From Planctomycetota bacterium (lineage in GTDB: Bacteria > Planctomycetota > B15-G4 > SIAN01), in NCBI GenBank assembly GCA_009691715.1, contig SIAN01000016.1, positions 389 to 64,388 on the forward strand: a stretch of 64,000 nucleotides of DNA, written 5' to 3'. Shown in pieces: positions 14,183 through 22,857 of the stretch (within the stretch, counting starts at the first letter, position 1; every line of letters begins with the position of its first letter). Under the pieces are notes generated by a model. That model was not told where the DNA came from. It made no database searches and saw only the letters and a list, made by a program, of their open reading frames with translations. The translations under genes were made by a program, and so were the position numbers.

Positions 14183-15346
14183 ATGCGAATGCCCGGTTTG
14201 ATGCTCTCGGTGGCCGTGTTGGTCGCGGTGTCGCTCATTTCCGCAGGTTGCGACGAGCCCTCGCCGCGGTCGGCGACGCCGGCTTCAGTGGCGACGCCCG
14301 CATCTGCTGCGCCGACGGCCGTGGGCGATCCGGCAGCCGCGCGCGCTTCGCTGCCAGCTGCCCTGGTACCCGCCGGCGCCGAGCAAGGCGCCGGCGCGCC
14401 GGCGAAGCCCTGCTTCGAAGTGTCCCCGCCGGGTTTCGAGCTGAACGTCGTCGAGCAGAACTCGGTGCACGACCTCGAATTCTCCGTCATCAACTGCGGC
14501 GACCGGCCGTTCAACGTCGCCTACGTCACGACCGAGTGCAAATGCATGACGCTCGATGTCGACCGCGCGATGTTGAAGCGCGGCAACTCGGTGAAGGTCA
14601 AGCTGCGCGTCACGGCGACCGCCTCGAATGAGCGCAAGACGGCGGCGATCCTCCACCTCTCCGACCCGGCGAAGTCGAAGGTCCGAGTCGAAGTGCACTA
14701 CGCCGTCGTGCCTGAAATCCTGGTCGAGCCTCGCGGTGTCGGCTTCGGTCGGGTCGAGAGCGGCAAGACAGCCGAAGTCTCCTTGCGGGTGACGATGCAC
14801 CTGCCGGGGTCGATCAAGGAAATCCCGAAACTCGAGCCATTCATCGCCCATGACCTGCCGATCAAACTGAGATTCGACGAGCCGAGCATCACGACGTCGG
14901 CAGGCGGGATGCGCGACTGGGTGGCGACGCTCCATGTCGAGCTGGACGGGAAGGAGCCGATCGAGCAGTTCCTGACCCAGTTGGTGTTCAGGCCGACGGA
15001 GAATCTCACGTTCCGCGAACTCGCGGTGCGGGTGACCGGCGAAGTGGTGCCGGCTTGGTATTTCGAGCGCGGCGTCGTCGCGTTCGGCTCGGTCAGCGCC
15101 GGCGAGGCGGTCGAGAAGGAGATGCGTTTCTACTACCCCGGCCCCGAAGTACCCGCGGTGCTGTCCCTCGAGACTGACGTCGCCGGACTCGAGGTCACGA
15201 GCGCGCCGGACGCTGAGCAGCGCTGCCACGTGCTCAAGCTCAAGCTCGTCGCCAAGGAGTCGGGGAAGATCGAGGGGGTCGTGAAGCTGACCACCTCGCT
15301 CAGTTCGGAACCAGCGGTGCTGCGGATCACTGCACGCGCGAAGTGA
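14183..15346 (+). CDS. DUF1573-like (Ig-fold) lipoprotein, paralog 2
   Basis: Lipobox LISAGC. FSVINCGDRPFNVAYVTTECKCM. Alignable with 13032..14174. Confidence 0.8.
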   Translation: MRMPGLMLSVAVLVAVSLISAGCDEPSPRSATPASVATPASAAPTAVGDPAAARASLPAALVPAGAEQGAGAPAKPCFEVSPPGFELNVVEQNSVHDLEFSVINCGDRPFNVAYVTTECKCMTLDVDRAMLKRGNSVKVKLRVTATASNERKTAAILHLSDPAKSKVRVEVHYAVVPEILVEPRGVGFGRVESGKTAEVSLRVTMHLPGSIKEIPKLEPFIAHDLPIKLRFDEPSITTSAGGMRDWVATLHVELDGKEPIEQFLTQLVFRPTENLTFRELAVRVTGEVVPAWYFERGVVAFGSVSAGEAVEKEMRFYYPGPEVPAVLSLETDVAGLEVTSAPDAEQRCHVLKLKLVAKESGKIEGVVKLTTSLSSEPAVLRITARAK

Positions 15347-15926
15347 CCGGCGCAGTCTTGTTCGACGATCGACTCGACGATCGACTCGACGAACGATTCG
15401 ACGAGCTGCGGCAGGCATCTGCGGAATCGGAACAGACATCGGGACCTGAGCCGAATCGCTCAAGCGCGTCGAGTGGGCCGAGCGGGGCCGAGCCGGGCTC
15501 GACCGCCATGCGTTCGACGGGTGCTTGCATGGCGATTTCCTCGACGCCCGCGCGCGCAAGGTGCAGTCGAGCGATCGTCGACGCCTTTTGTGCTTCGATC
15601 TCCTGACGCAAGTCAGCGAGACGCGCTCGTCCTGACTCGACGGCCGCGAGCTCTGCGCGCACCGCGTCGACGGCGGATCGGCCCGCAAGCGTGCGCAGCG
15701 TCTCGACCGATTGATCGACGGCCCTCAGTGCCCGGTCGAGTTCGCGCTCGCGTTTCTCGAGTCGATCGTGCTCGCGCTCGAGGCTGCGGGTCCGGCTGAT
15801 GCGTTCGCCGTTCTCCGGAATCGCGTTGTGCGTCAGCGCGATCGGACAGCCGAGGCGACTGCGTACGCGTCCGACGAGGGCGAACGTCCCGACGAGGCCA
15901 AGGAAGAGCACCGTGCTGGCGCGCAT
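15327..15926 (-). CDS. N-terminally membrane-anchored coiled-coil protein with Ser/Arg-rich tail
   Basis: GGAG lies 8 nt before ATG 15926. TM MRASTVLFLGLVGTFALVG, then heptad-like Glu/Arg/Leu-rich region. High GC3. The 3' end overlaps the convergent gene by 20 nt. Confidence 0.7.
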   Translation of the reverse strand: MRASTVLFLGLVGTFALVGRVRSRLGCPIALTHNAIPENGERISRTRSLEREHDRLEKRERELDRALRAVDQSVETLRTLAGRSAVDAVRAELAAVESGRARLADLRQEIEAQKASTIARLHLARAGVEEIAMQAPVERMAVEPGSAPLGPLDALERFGSGPDVCSDSADACRSSSNRSSSRSSSRSSNKTAPVTSRVQ

Positions 15927-16004
15927 GGCAGGACTCCGGGGCGGCGGCGACCGCGCGGGGGGTGCCCGCGCGGTTCGCCGCCGGATGGTTGAGACGGCGG
16001 AAGA

Positions 16005-16865
16005 TCAGTCGCGGCCGACGATGACGACCTGGGGCGGCGGTTCGACCGCCGGACCGAGCAGTCTCGACAGCCGCTCCCGCACGTCGTTCGCTGCGGGCTC
16101 CGGAGAGTCGTAGTCGATGCCGGCCGGCTTGCCGCCTGCCGCGAGGCGCAGCCGTTCGTCGAGCAACCGACCCTTCACCTCGAGCTTGCCTTCGAACTTC
16201 GCGCAGAGTTGGCGGACCTCGCCGATCGCGGTCTGGAACTCCGCGACGTCGAAGTCGCCCGCGACAGCCTCGGCATAGATCTCCCGTGCTCGCTGCTTCT
16301 CCAGCTTCGCCGCGAGAAGGCGCAGCTTCCCGGTCAGCTCGCCGCGCAACGCTTCGCCGCGGACGACGTTCTCCTTCGCCAGCGCGAGGGCGCCGCGACG
16401 GACTTCGAGCGTCTGCCCCAGCTGCGCGAGCGTGTCCTGCTGCACGCCCCAGAGATCGAGCTTCTCGGCGACGTCGCGCTCGATCTGGGCGCGGGCATAC
16501 GAGCTGCCGCCGATCACGAAGCGTTCGCCGGCGGTGGCTAGGAGCGACTGCGCCTTCTCGAGGTTCTTCTTCAGCCGTTCGATCGCCTGCTGGCGGTCGC
16601 CTGACTCCTTCTCGAGGCGCTGGACCTCGACCTCTTCCGAGATTGAATGTTCGCGCAGTTCGCGGATTTCGGATTCGAGCGACTGCACGCGTGACTCGAT
16701 GCCATGCAGCTCGCCGCGCATGCCCTGGATCTCGTCGATCTTCGCGACGATCTCCTTCTTGCCCTGGTCGAACCAGGCGCACACCTGGTCCTTGCCGTAG
16801 AGGCAGCCGAGCGCGCCGACGCCGAGGCTGCCGAACACCAACGACTTGCCGAGAAACTTCAACAC
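16005..16865 (-). CDS. N-terminally membrane-anchored long coiled-coil protein (PspA/IM30-like character, unverified)
   Basis: GGAGG lies 8 nt before GTG 16865. TM LKFLGKSLVFGSLGVGALGCLYG, then about 230 aa of helical, charged repeats. Confidence 0.8.
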   Translation of the reverse strand: MLKFLGKSLVFGSLGVGALGCLYGKDQVCAWFDQGKKEIVAKIDEIQGMRGELHGIESRVQSLESEIRELREHSISEEVEVQRLEKESGDRQQAIERLKKNLEKAQSLLATAGERFVIGGSSYARAQIERDVAEKLDLWGVQQDTLAQLGQTLEVRRGALALAKENVVRGEALRGELTGKLRLLAAKLEKQRAREIYAEAVAGDFDVAEFQTAIGEVRQLCAKFEGKLEVKGRLLDERLRLAAGGKPAGIDYDSPEPAANDVRERLSRLLGPAVEPPPQVVIVGRD

Positions 16866-16893
16866 GGTTCGATCCTCCGATTCGGGAGATGGG

Positions 16894-17265
16894 TCAACAG
16901 GTCTTCGATTCGGTCGTGGCCGGGTGGAGCGCCTGCGCGTGCGCGGTGCGCCAAGCGTCGGCGATCCCCCAGACCCACGGCACGATCAGCCAGCAAGTGA
17001 GGAGGACTGCGACGCCGCGCAGAGGCTGGCCGTTCAGCGCCTGTCCGGCGCCTGGCACCAGCGTTCCGGCTGCGGCGCGCAGCCACGGCGTCAGACGCGA
17101 GGCGGTCGCACGCGTGCCGTCGGCGCGCACGAGTTCGGCGCCGCAGTGCGGGCAGCCGATTGCGCGCGCGGCGAGGTCGGGCAGCCGCGCGCCGCAGCCG
17201 CGGCAGAACGGCATGAAGGCCGGCGCTTCCGCGAATCGAACCCATGCGAGTGGGGCGGCGAACAT
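16894..17265 (-). CDS. Zinc-ribbon membrane protein with PGxGQ..G...RG two-TM module
   Basis: ATG 17265 with GAGAAGGA upstream. CRGCG...CPHCG ribbon, then LVPGAGQALNGQPLRGVAVLL...GIADAW. Track extension to 17493 rejected (overlaps the upstream gene). Confidence 0.8.
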   Translation of the reverse strand: MFAAPLAWVRFAEAPAFMPFCRGCGARLPDLAARAIGCPHCGAELVRADGTRATASRLTPWLRAAAGTLVPGAGQALNGQPLRGVAVLLTCWLIVPWVWGIADAWRTAHAQALHPATTESKTC

Positions 17266-17291
17266 GAGCTTCTGTTCCTTCTCGCGCCGAA

Positions 17292-17891
17292 TCAGCGGCG
17301 CGTCTCGTGGGCGAGGAGGAGGCTCGCGGCGATGCCGCCGAGTGGGACCAGCAGTTCGCGCGGAGCGGCTGCGAAGCCGCCATGCGTCGTGAGCGTGATC
17401 GCGATGACGCCGAGGCCGATGAGCAGGAAGAGCACGTCGTCGGCTCGTGCGCCACCGGTGCTGACCGCGACGCCCTTGCCGGTCTCCGCGCAACGGAACG
17501 CGTCAAAGAGGCCGAAGACGTATAGGTAGGCGCCGAGCAACGGCGTCATGAACGGTGCGTCGCGCAACATCAGCGCTGCACCGAAGAGGCCGGCACCGCG
17601 CATCACGCGACCGGTGTAGGCCTGACCGAGGCCGGGCACGATCGAGAGCGCGGCGGCGAGCCACCTGCTGCGCGCGTGCGCGCGTGGCGCGACGCCATCG
17701 ACCGGCACCGCAACCGCTGCGCCCGCCGCCGTGACGAACACTGCCGGTTCGGGGTGGAGCGTCGACCTGCAGCTCACGCAGAAGTTGCGAACGCCGTCGA
17801 GCGCGCGGCAGCTCGGGCAGAGATGCAGGCCGCAGCGAACGCAGCGCGCGATCGCTTCCACCGCCGGATGGGTCGCGCAAACGAAGGTCAC
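17292..17891 (-). CDS. B-box-like zinc-finger membrane protein with PGxGQ..G...RG two-TM module plus extra TM segments
   Basis: GGAGG lies 7 nt before GTG 17891. CATHP..CVRCG..CPSC....CVSC, then SIVPGLGQAYTGRVMRGAGLF...GLFDAF. Confidence 0.8.
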   Translation of the reverse strand: MTFVCATHPAVEAIARCVRCGLHLCPSCRALDGVRNFCVSCRSTLHPEPAVFVTAAGAAVAVPVDGVAPRAHARSRWLAAALSIVPGLGQAYTGRVMRGAGLFGAALMLRDAPFMTPLLGAYLYVFGLFDAFRCAETGKGVAVSTGGARADDVLFLLIGLGVIAITLTTHGGFAAAPRELLVPLGGIAASLLLAHETRR

Positions 17892-17953
17892 GGCGAGTCC
17901 TCCCGCCGAGCTTCGTGATCGGTTTCACGAATTCTCCGGCGGCGGCCTCCTAA

Positions 17954-17968
17954 TCAACGCGCGTGCCA
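17954..17968 (-). promoter_or_regulatory. Near-consensus sigma54 (-24/-12) promoter for the 17891..15327 operon
   Basis: Minus strand reads TGGCACGCGCGTTGA versus consensus TGGCACG-N4-TTGC (one mismatch, A for C). Lies in the 207-nt gap after the kinase gene, about 60 nt upstream of GTG 17891. Confidence 0.6.
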
Positions 17969-18098
17969 CCTCGCAGATCCCGCAAGCGCCGCGTCATCGC
18001 TGGCGCAACCGACTGAGAAGAAAGCAGTTGCGGCACCGACTTCGTCTGCCGTCGCTGCCGCCCGCGAGCGCTCTCCGCGGCCGCTTTCCGTACGGTCG

Positions 18099-20102
18099 TC
18101 AGCTTTCCTGACGGCGGATCGAAGGCGGTGGTGGTGCCAGTCGGGCGGTGGCGGCTTCGTGCAGCCCGAACTCGTCGCGACGTCGCCGCGCGGTCTTGTG
18201 CGCCAACACTGTCGCCACGACCCACGCGGCCAGCGCCAGTTGCGATTCGTCGCTGGCGAACAGGGTCAGCGTGCCAGCCAGGAACGCGATGCCGAGCATC
18301 GGGCGTCCGGCGTAGATCAGCCCTGCGCCCGGCACGATCGACCAGCGCAGTGCACGACCAGGGTTCGGCGGGACGCCGATGCCGGGAGGCGCTGAGAGGA
18401 ATGGACGTGGACGCTGCGCCGTGAAGCAGAGCGCGCCGACCAGACCGTCGTGCAGCGGACGCCGAAACGCCGACATCCGGCCGAGCAGTTCGAGCACCAG
18501 GAGCCACGCGATGCCGACGCCACTGAAGGATTGGAACGACGGCGTCGCAGTGAGCCAGCCCGATTCGGAGGCGACGTGGGCGACGCAGTGCGACAGTGCT
18601 GGTGCGAGCAACAGCACGCCGGGAGCTACCAGGAGCGTGCGCGTCGCGGCGCGTAGGACGCCGAGATCGCTACCGTCGCGCCGGCAGAGTCGCAGGCGGA
18701 GCCACTGCCGCCCGATGGTCCGGCCGCCACGCACGTCCGCGGCGACGTAGTAGAGGAGCGCCGCCCCGACGGTCGCGAGGGCGAGCGCCATCGCCTGGGT
18801 TGGGGCACCGACCGGCAATTCGGGTGCCATCAGGCGCGCCGCCAACGACCCGGCCAGGGTCGGCGCGCCAACGAGGACACTGCCGGCCACAAGCAGCAGG
18901 TGCGACAGGAATTCGATCGCGAGAAGGTCGATGAGGAAAGCGAACCCGCGCCGCCACACGCCCGCCGGCTCGAGCACGAACTCGGTCGTCGCTTCGTGCG
19001 GCAGCATGTAGGTCGTTCCGCCGTGCTGCACGCGGCGCAACGGCGGATCAGCGCCGCCGATCGGGTCATTCCCGGCGGCGACCCGCTCCAAGTCCTCGAT
19101 CAGCGCCGCGTGGGTCTGGTAGCGCTGCTCCGGTTCCTTCTGCAGCAGCCGATGCACGATGCGCTCGAGACCGGGCGCGACTGCGGCATTGCGCGTCCGC
19201 AGCGGGAGCGGATCTTCGCGAAGGTGCTTCATGATCACCGCGACGGGCGACTCCGCTTCGTGGGGAGGAGCGCCGCCGAGCACGTGATAGAGGGTCGCGC
19301 CGAACGCGTAGAGGTCGGCACGATGGTCGACGCGGTCGCCGCGTCCCTGCTCCGGCGCCATGTAGTGAGGCGTGCCGAGGATCTCGCCGGTCACGGTCAC
19401 GCGTGACTGCGAGTCGACGGCCTTCGCGAGACCGAAATCGGCGACCTTCACGGTTCCGGCTGCCGTCAGCAACACGTTGCCCGGCTTGATGTCACGATGG
19501 GTGATGCCGAGTTCTGCGGCGGCGAGGAGGCCGCGGACCGCCTGGAGAGCAATCGGCACGATGTTGTCGGGACGCAGCACGCCCCGCTGAGCAGCGGCGA
19601 GCAGGTCCTCGCCTTCGACCAGCTCCATGGCGATCCAAGGCGTCGTGCCGTCGACGCCCGCATCGATGACTTTCACGATGTTCGGATGGTGCAGGGCCGC
19701 GGCGGCGCGCGCCTCGCGTTGGAATCGCGAAATGAAGTCAGGGCGTGATTGCAATCCCGGATGCAGCAGCTTGAGCGCGACCTCGCCGCCACTGCGGGTA
19801 TCGAGTGCGCGCCAAACGCTGCCCATCCCGCCTTGGCCGAGCATGCTGCGGAGCTCGAACGGACCGACCCGATGCGTCTCACGCGGGCCGAGCACCGCAG
19901 TTGCAATACTGCCGGTGGAGCGCGGCGGGGACGCAACGGGCGCTGCGGCGGGCCCTGAGGCGGGCGCGGGCGGTGCGCCGGCGCCGACGTGGGGCACGAC
20001 GCTCCGTTCGCAGCAGGTCGGGCAGGTCACGTCGCGAGTTGCGGCGTCGACCGTCAGCAGCCGGCCGCAGCGGCAGAAGAAGCGCGTCTGTCCCGTCGTC
20101 AC
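18099..20102 (-). CDS. Zn-ribbon / Ser-Thr protein kinase / RDD-domain membrane protein
   Basis: GTG 20102 overlaps the activator TGA (GTGA). [54 protein letters not shown]-type TM region. C-terminal [16 protein letters not shown]. Track start 20528 rejected. Confidence 0.9.
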   Translation of the reverse strand: MTTGQTRFFCRCGRLLTVDAATRDVTCPTCCERSVVPHVGAGAPPAPASGPAAAPVASPPRSTGSIATAVLGPRETHRVGPFELRSMLGQGGMGSVWRALDTRSGGEVALKLLHPGLQSRPDFISRFQREARAAAALHHPNIVKVIDAGVDGTTPWIAMELVEGEDLLAAAQRGVLRPDNIVPIALQAVRGLLAAAELGITHRDIKPGNVLLTAAGTVKVADFGLAKAVDSQSRVTVTGEILGTPHYMAPEQGRGDRVDHRADLYAFGATLYHVLGGAPPHEAESPVAVIMKHLREDPLPLRTRNAAVAPGLERIVHRLLQKEPEQRYQTHAALIEDLERVAAGNDPIGGADPPLRRVQHGGTTYMLPHEATTEFVLEPAGVWRRGFAFLIDLLAIEFLSHLLLVAGSVLVGAPTLAGSLAARLMAPELPVGAPTQAMALALATVGAALLYYVAADVRGGRTIGRQWLRLRLCRRDGSDLGVLRAATRTLLVAPGVLLLAPALSHCVAHVASESGWLTATPSFQSFSGVGIAWLLVLELLGRMSAFRRPLHDGLVGALCFTAQRPRPFLSAPPGIGVPPNPGRALRWSIVPGAGLIYAGRPMLGIAFLAGTLTLFASDESQLALAAWVVATVLAHKTARRRRDEFGLHEAATARLAPPPPSIRRQES

Positions 20103-21973
20103 GCGTCCGGCTCGAGACCGAACGCCTTGATCTTCTCGTAGAGCGTGATGCGGGCGACGCCGAGGATTTCCGCTGCCCGGGTCTTGTTCCAACCGGTCGC
20201 CGCCAGCACGGCACGGACGTGCTCCTTCTCCATCACTTCGAGCGAGACGAGCCGGCGCTCGACCCAGGGCGACGCTCGGTCTCCGGATGCGGCGGCGAGT
20301 CCGAGGTCCCCCTCCTCGATCTGCGGCCCTGCTGCGAGCAGCAGCGCGCGCTCGAGGGCGTTTCGCAATTCGCGCACGTTGCCAGGCCATGCGTGGCGGC
20401 GGAGTCGATCGAGCGCGCCGGGCGCCAGCGGCAGAACCGCGCGGCCCGATCCGCGCGCAAGCTCGAGAAGGAGCCAGGGCGCCAGCTCTTCGAGATCGGC
20501 GAGCCGTTCGCGCAGCGGCGGCGCGCACACTTCGACGACCTTCAGTCGGAACAGGAGGTCGGTCCGGAACGCGTCCTTGCGGCAGAGCGCGTCAAGATCG
20601 CGGTGCGTCGCGGCGACGAAGCGGACGTCGACGCGAACCTCTTCGCTCCCGCCGACACGGAAAAAGCGCTTCTCTTCGAGCAGCCGCAGCAGCATCACCT
20701 GGACGTCCGTCGGAAGTTCGCCGATCTCATCGAGGAAGAGCGTGCCGCCATGCGCCAGCTCGACCAGCCCGATTCGGCGCTGGGTCGCGCCCGTGAACGC
20801 GCCCTTTTCGTGTCCGAACAGTTCGCTGCTCACCACATTCGAGGGAAGCGCGCCGCAGTTCACTGCCACGAACGGTGCGCTGCCGCGGGCGCTCTGCTCG
20901 TGGATTCCGCGCGCCACCAGCTCCTTGCCCGTTCCGCTCTCTCCGGTGATGAGCACGGTTGCGTCGACGGTCGCTGCCTTGGTCACCATCGCGCGCAGCC
21001 GCTGCATCGACTCCGAACCGCCGATCAGCTGGCGTTGCGGCGCGGACTCTCGCAGATGCTCGTTCTCGCGTGCGAGACTCTCCTTCTCCCTGCGCGCGTC
21101 GGCGGCGAGGCCGACCTGGTGCGCTGCGGCGGAGAGGAACGAGATCTCGTCGAGGCCGATCGGGGCGGCGAGGCTTCTTGCTGCGACGTAGAGCACGCCG
21201 ACACGGCCGCGCAACGGGATCGGCGCGCACGCGATGCGGACGCTTCGCGCTGCGACGATGCTCTTGGCACCCTTGAGCTCGGGTTCCGACTGCACGTCGT
21301 TCGCGAGGACCGCCTGGCCGTTCGCGAGCACGCGGCGCACGACGGTCATGCTCCACGGCGGCGGCGTCCCGGACTTCGCGTGCGACGCCACGGCGGCGAG
21401 TACGAATGGGGCGCCTTTCGCCGGCCGCGGTCCGATCAGCACATGACCGTCATCGAACGGCAACGTGTCGAGCAACGTCTTGAGCGCGCCATGGAGGACG
21501 GCGCCAACGTCGGTCGAATCGCCAACCACGCGCAGGATGCCGTAGAGCGCCCGCAGATGGCGCGCGCTCGATTCCGGGGACAGGCTCGCCGGCGGGTACG
21601 CGGAGTTCGCCGCGTCGATCGCGAGTTCGATCTCCTCCGGTCCGATCGCGCAGGTCTTGTACGCCTCGGGCGCCGCCTCGTGTGCCTCGACCCGCAGCAC
21701 GAGGCGCCCGATCACGATCGTGTCGCCGTCCTTCAGCCGCGCGCCGTGGATCCGTGAGCCGTTGACGAAGGTGCCGTTGGTCGAGTGGAAGTCGGAAATC
21801 GCGAGGAGCTCGCCGTCGGGGCGCACTTCGCAATGCAGTCGCGACGCGCCCTCCTCGTCGAGGACGACTTCGCATTCAGGTGCTCGGCCCAGCCGCAGCG
21901 AACGGTCGACTTCGACCGCGCGACGTTCGCCTTGCGCGTCGGTCCAGACCAGATCGAGGCGCGCCGCTGCCAC
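20099..21973 (-). CDS. FHA-GAF-AAA+ sigma54-dependent transcriptional activator (Fis-type HTH)
   Basis: GGAGGG lies 5 nt before GTG 21973. FHA ([29 protein letters not shown]). GESGTGKE Walker A. GAFTGA sigma54-contact motif. C-terminal HTH ([21 protein letters not shown]). Confidence 0.92.
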   Translation of the reverse strand: MAAARLDLVWTDAQGERRAVEVDRSLRLGRAPECEVVLDEEGASRLHCEVRPDGELLAISDFHSTNGTFVNGSRIHGARLKDGDTIVIGRLVLRVEAHEAAPEAYKTCAIGPEEIELAIDAANSAYPPASLSPESSARHLRALYGILRVVGDSTDVGAVLHGALKTLLDTLPFDDGHVLIGPRPAKGAPFVLAAVASHAKSGTPPPWSMTVVRRVLANGQAVLANDVQSEPELKGAKSIVAARSVRIACAPIPLRGRVGVLYVAARSLAAPIGLDEISFLSAAAHQVGLAADARREKESLARENEHLRESAPQRQLIGGSESMQRLRAMVTKAATVDATVLITGESGTGKELVARGIHEQSARGSAPFVAVNCGALPSNVVSSELFGHEKGAFTGATQRRIGLVELAHGGTLFLDEIGELPTDVQVMLLRLLEEKRFFRVGGSEEVRVDVRFVAATHRDLDALCRKDAFRTDLLFRLKVVEVCAPPLRERLADLEELAPWLLLELARGSGRAVLPLAPGALDRLRRHAWPGNVRELRNALERALLLAAGPQIEEGDLGLAAASGDRASPWVERRLVSLEVMEKEHVRAVLAATGWNKTRAAEILGVARITLYEKIKAFGLEPDA

Positions 21974-21974
21974 G

Positions 21975-22502
21975 TCATCCCTCCGCGTGCGGGCGCGGCA
22001 GCGGGGGGTCGGCGCGGTCGCGGGGCGCGAATGCGACGGCCGACTCGACTTTGTGCATGCCGGCCGGCAGGAGTCGCCAGTAGCGCAGCTCGTCGCCGAG
22101 TGCCGAGCGCAGCTCGTCGAACAGGTCGAGCTCCGCCTCGCCGTGGAACAGCCGGATCGCGCAGCCGTCCGCGCCGACGTGGGTCACTTCCATGAACAGC
22201 ATGTCAAGCATGCGCGCGAGGTAATGGGTCCGCTGCATCCATGGCGGCACGCGTGCATCGCCAATGGGCTGGCGAACGCGGGCCAGCATCGGCACCGGGA
22301 TCCACGGTTCACCGCGGCTTTGCGGCAGGTAGACCTTCGCGCGGTCCTTGCGGGCGTCGAGGACCAGGCCGAACTCGTCGGGGAGCTTCAGCGCATCGCG
22401 GTAGGCGGCGTCGCGGCAGATCACGACATCGCCGACGCGCGCGAGCAGGGCGTTCGTCTCGTTGCTCATCGCCGCGGGAGCATACGGGCTCGCGGCGTCC
22501 AC
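21975..22502 (-). CDS. Hypothetical protein
   Basis: ORF track 175 aa, high GC3, co-directional and tightly packed. Start uncertain (GTG 22502 or ATG 22469). No family recognised. Confidence 0.6.
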   Translation of the reverse strand: MDAASPYAPAAMSNETNALLARVGDVVICRDAAYRDALKLPDEFGLVLDARKDRAKVYLPQSRGEPWIPVPMLARVRQPIGDARVPPWMQRTHYLARMLDMLFMEVTHVGADGCAIRLFHGEAELDLFDELRSALGDELRYWRLLPAGMHKVESAVAFAPRDRADPPLPRPHAEG

Positions 22503-22823
22503 TCACGCTGACGGCGGAGCGCCGCCCGACAGCGCCTGCACGTACCGCATCCGCAGGTCGGCGAGCAGACGCTTCAAGAACTCCGACTCCTCGGCAGTCA
22601 AGTTGCCGTCGGTCTTCTTCTGCAGCATCCCGAGCAGATCGACCATGTTCTTCGCGCGCGGGAGGTCGAGCTTCTCTTTCTGGTGCGTCATCGGATTCTC
22701 GATGACGCCGAGGAAGACCTGCGCCTGAGTTGCCAACCCGATCGCCAGCCCAACGAAGCTCGCTGGGTCGAAGCGTGTCTCCGGGCCGCCTTCATCTGCC
22801 TGTTCGTCGTCAGCGCGTTCCAT
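22503..22823 (-). CDS. DUF1844 family protein
   Basis: ..FVGLAIGLATQAQVFLGVIENP.....KLDLPRAKNMVDLLGMLQKKTDGNLTAEE..FL..LLADLRMRYV matches my memory of DUF1844. Confidence 0.75.
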   Translation of the reverse strand: MERADDEQADEGGPETRFDPASFVGLAIGLATQAQVFLGVIENPMTHQKEKLDLPRAKNMVDLLGMLQKKTDGNLTAEESEFLKRLLADLRMRYVQALSGGAPPSA

Positions 22824-22857
22824 TGCGTCTGCTCCGATTCATTGGCCGCGCCGCTGT

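Noticed and set aside
19805-21757. 650-aa ORF antisense to the kinase and activator genes (other large antisense ORFs: 12540..13913, 14285..15688, 22873..24525, 53689..54924, 55496..56710, 56682..58418, 58845..60209, 60491..61528, 61840..63222, 62357..63745)
   Set aside because: All are Arg-rich, low-complexity translations opposite genes with strong family motifs and GC3 bias. They are artefacts of stop-codon scarcity in GC-rich DNA.
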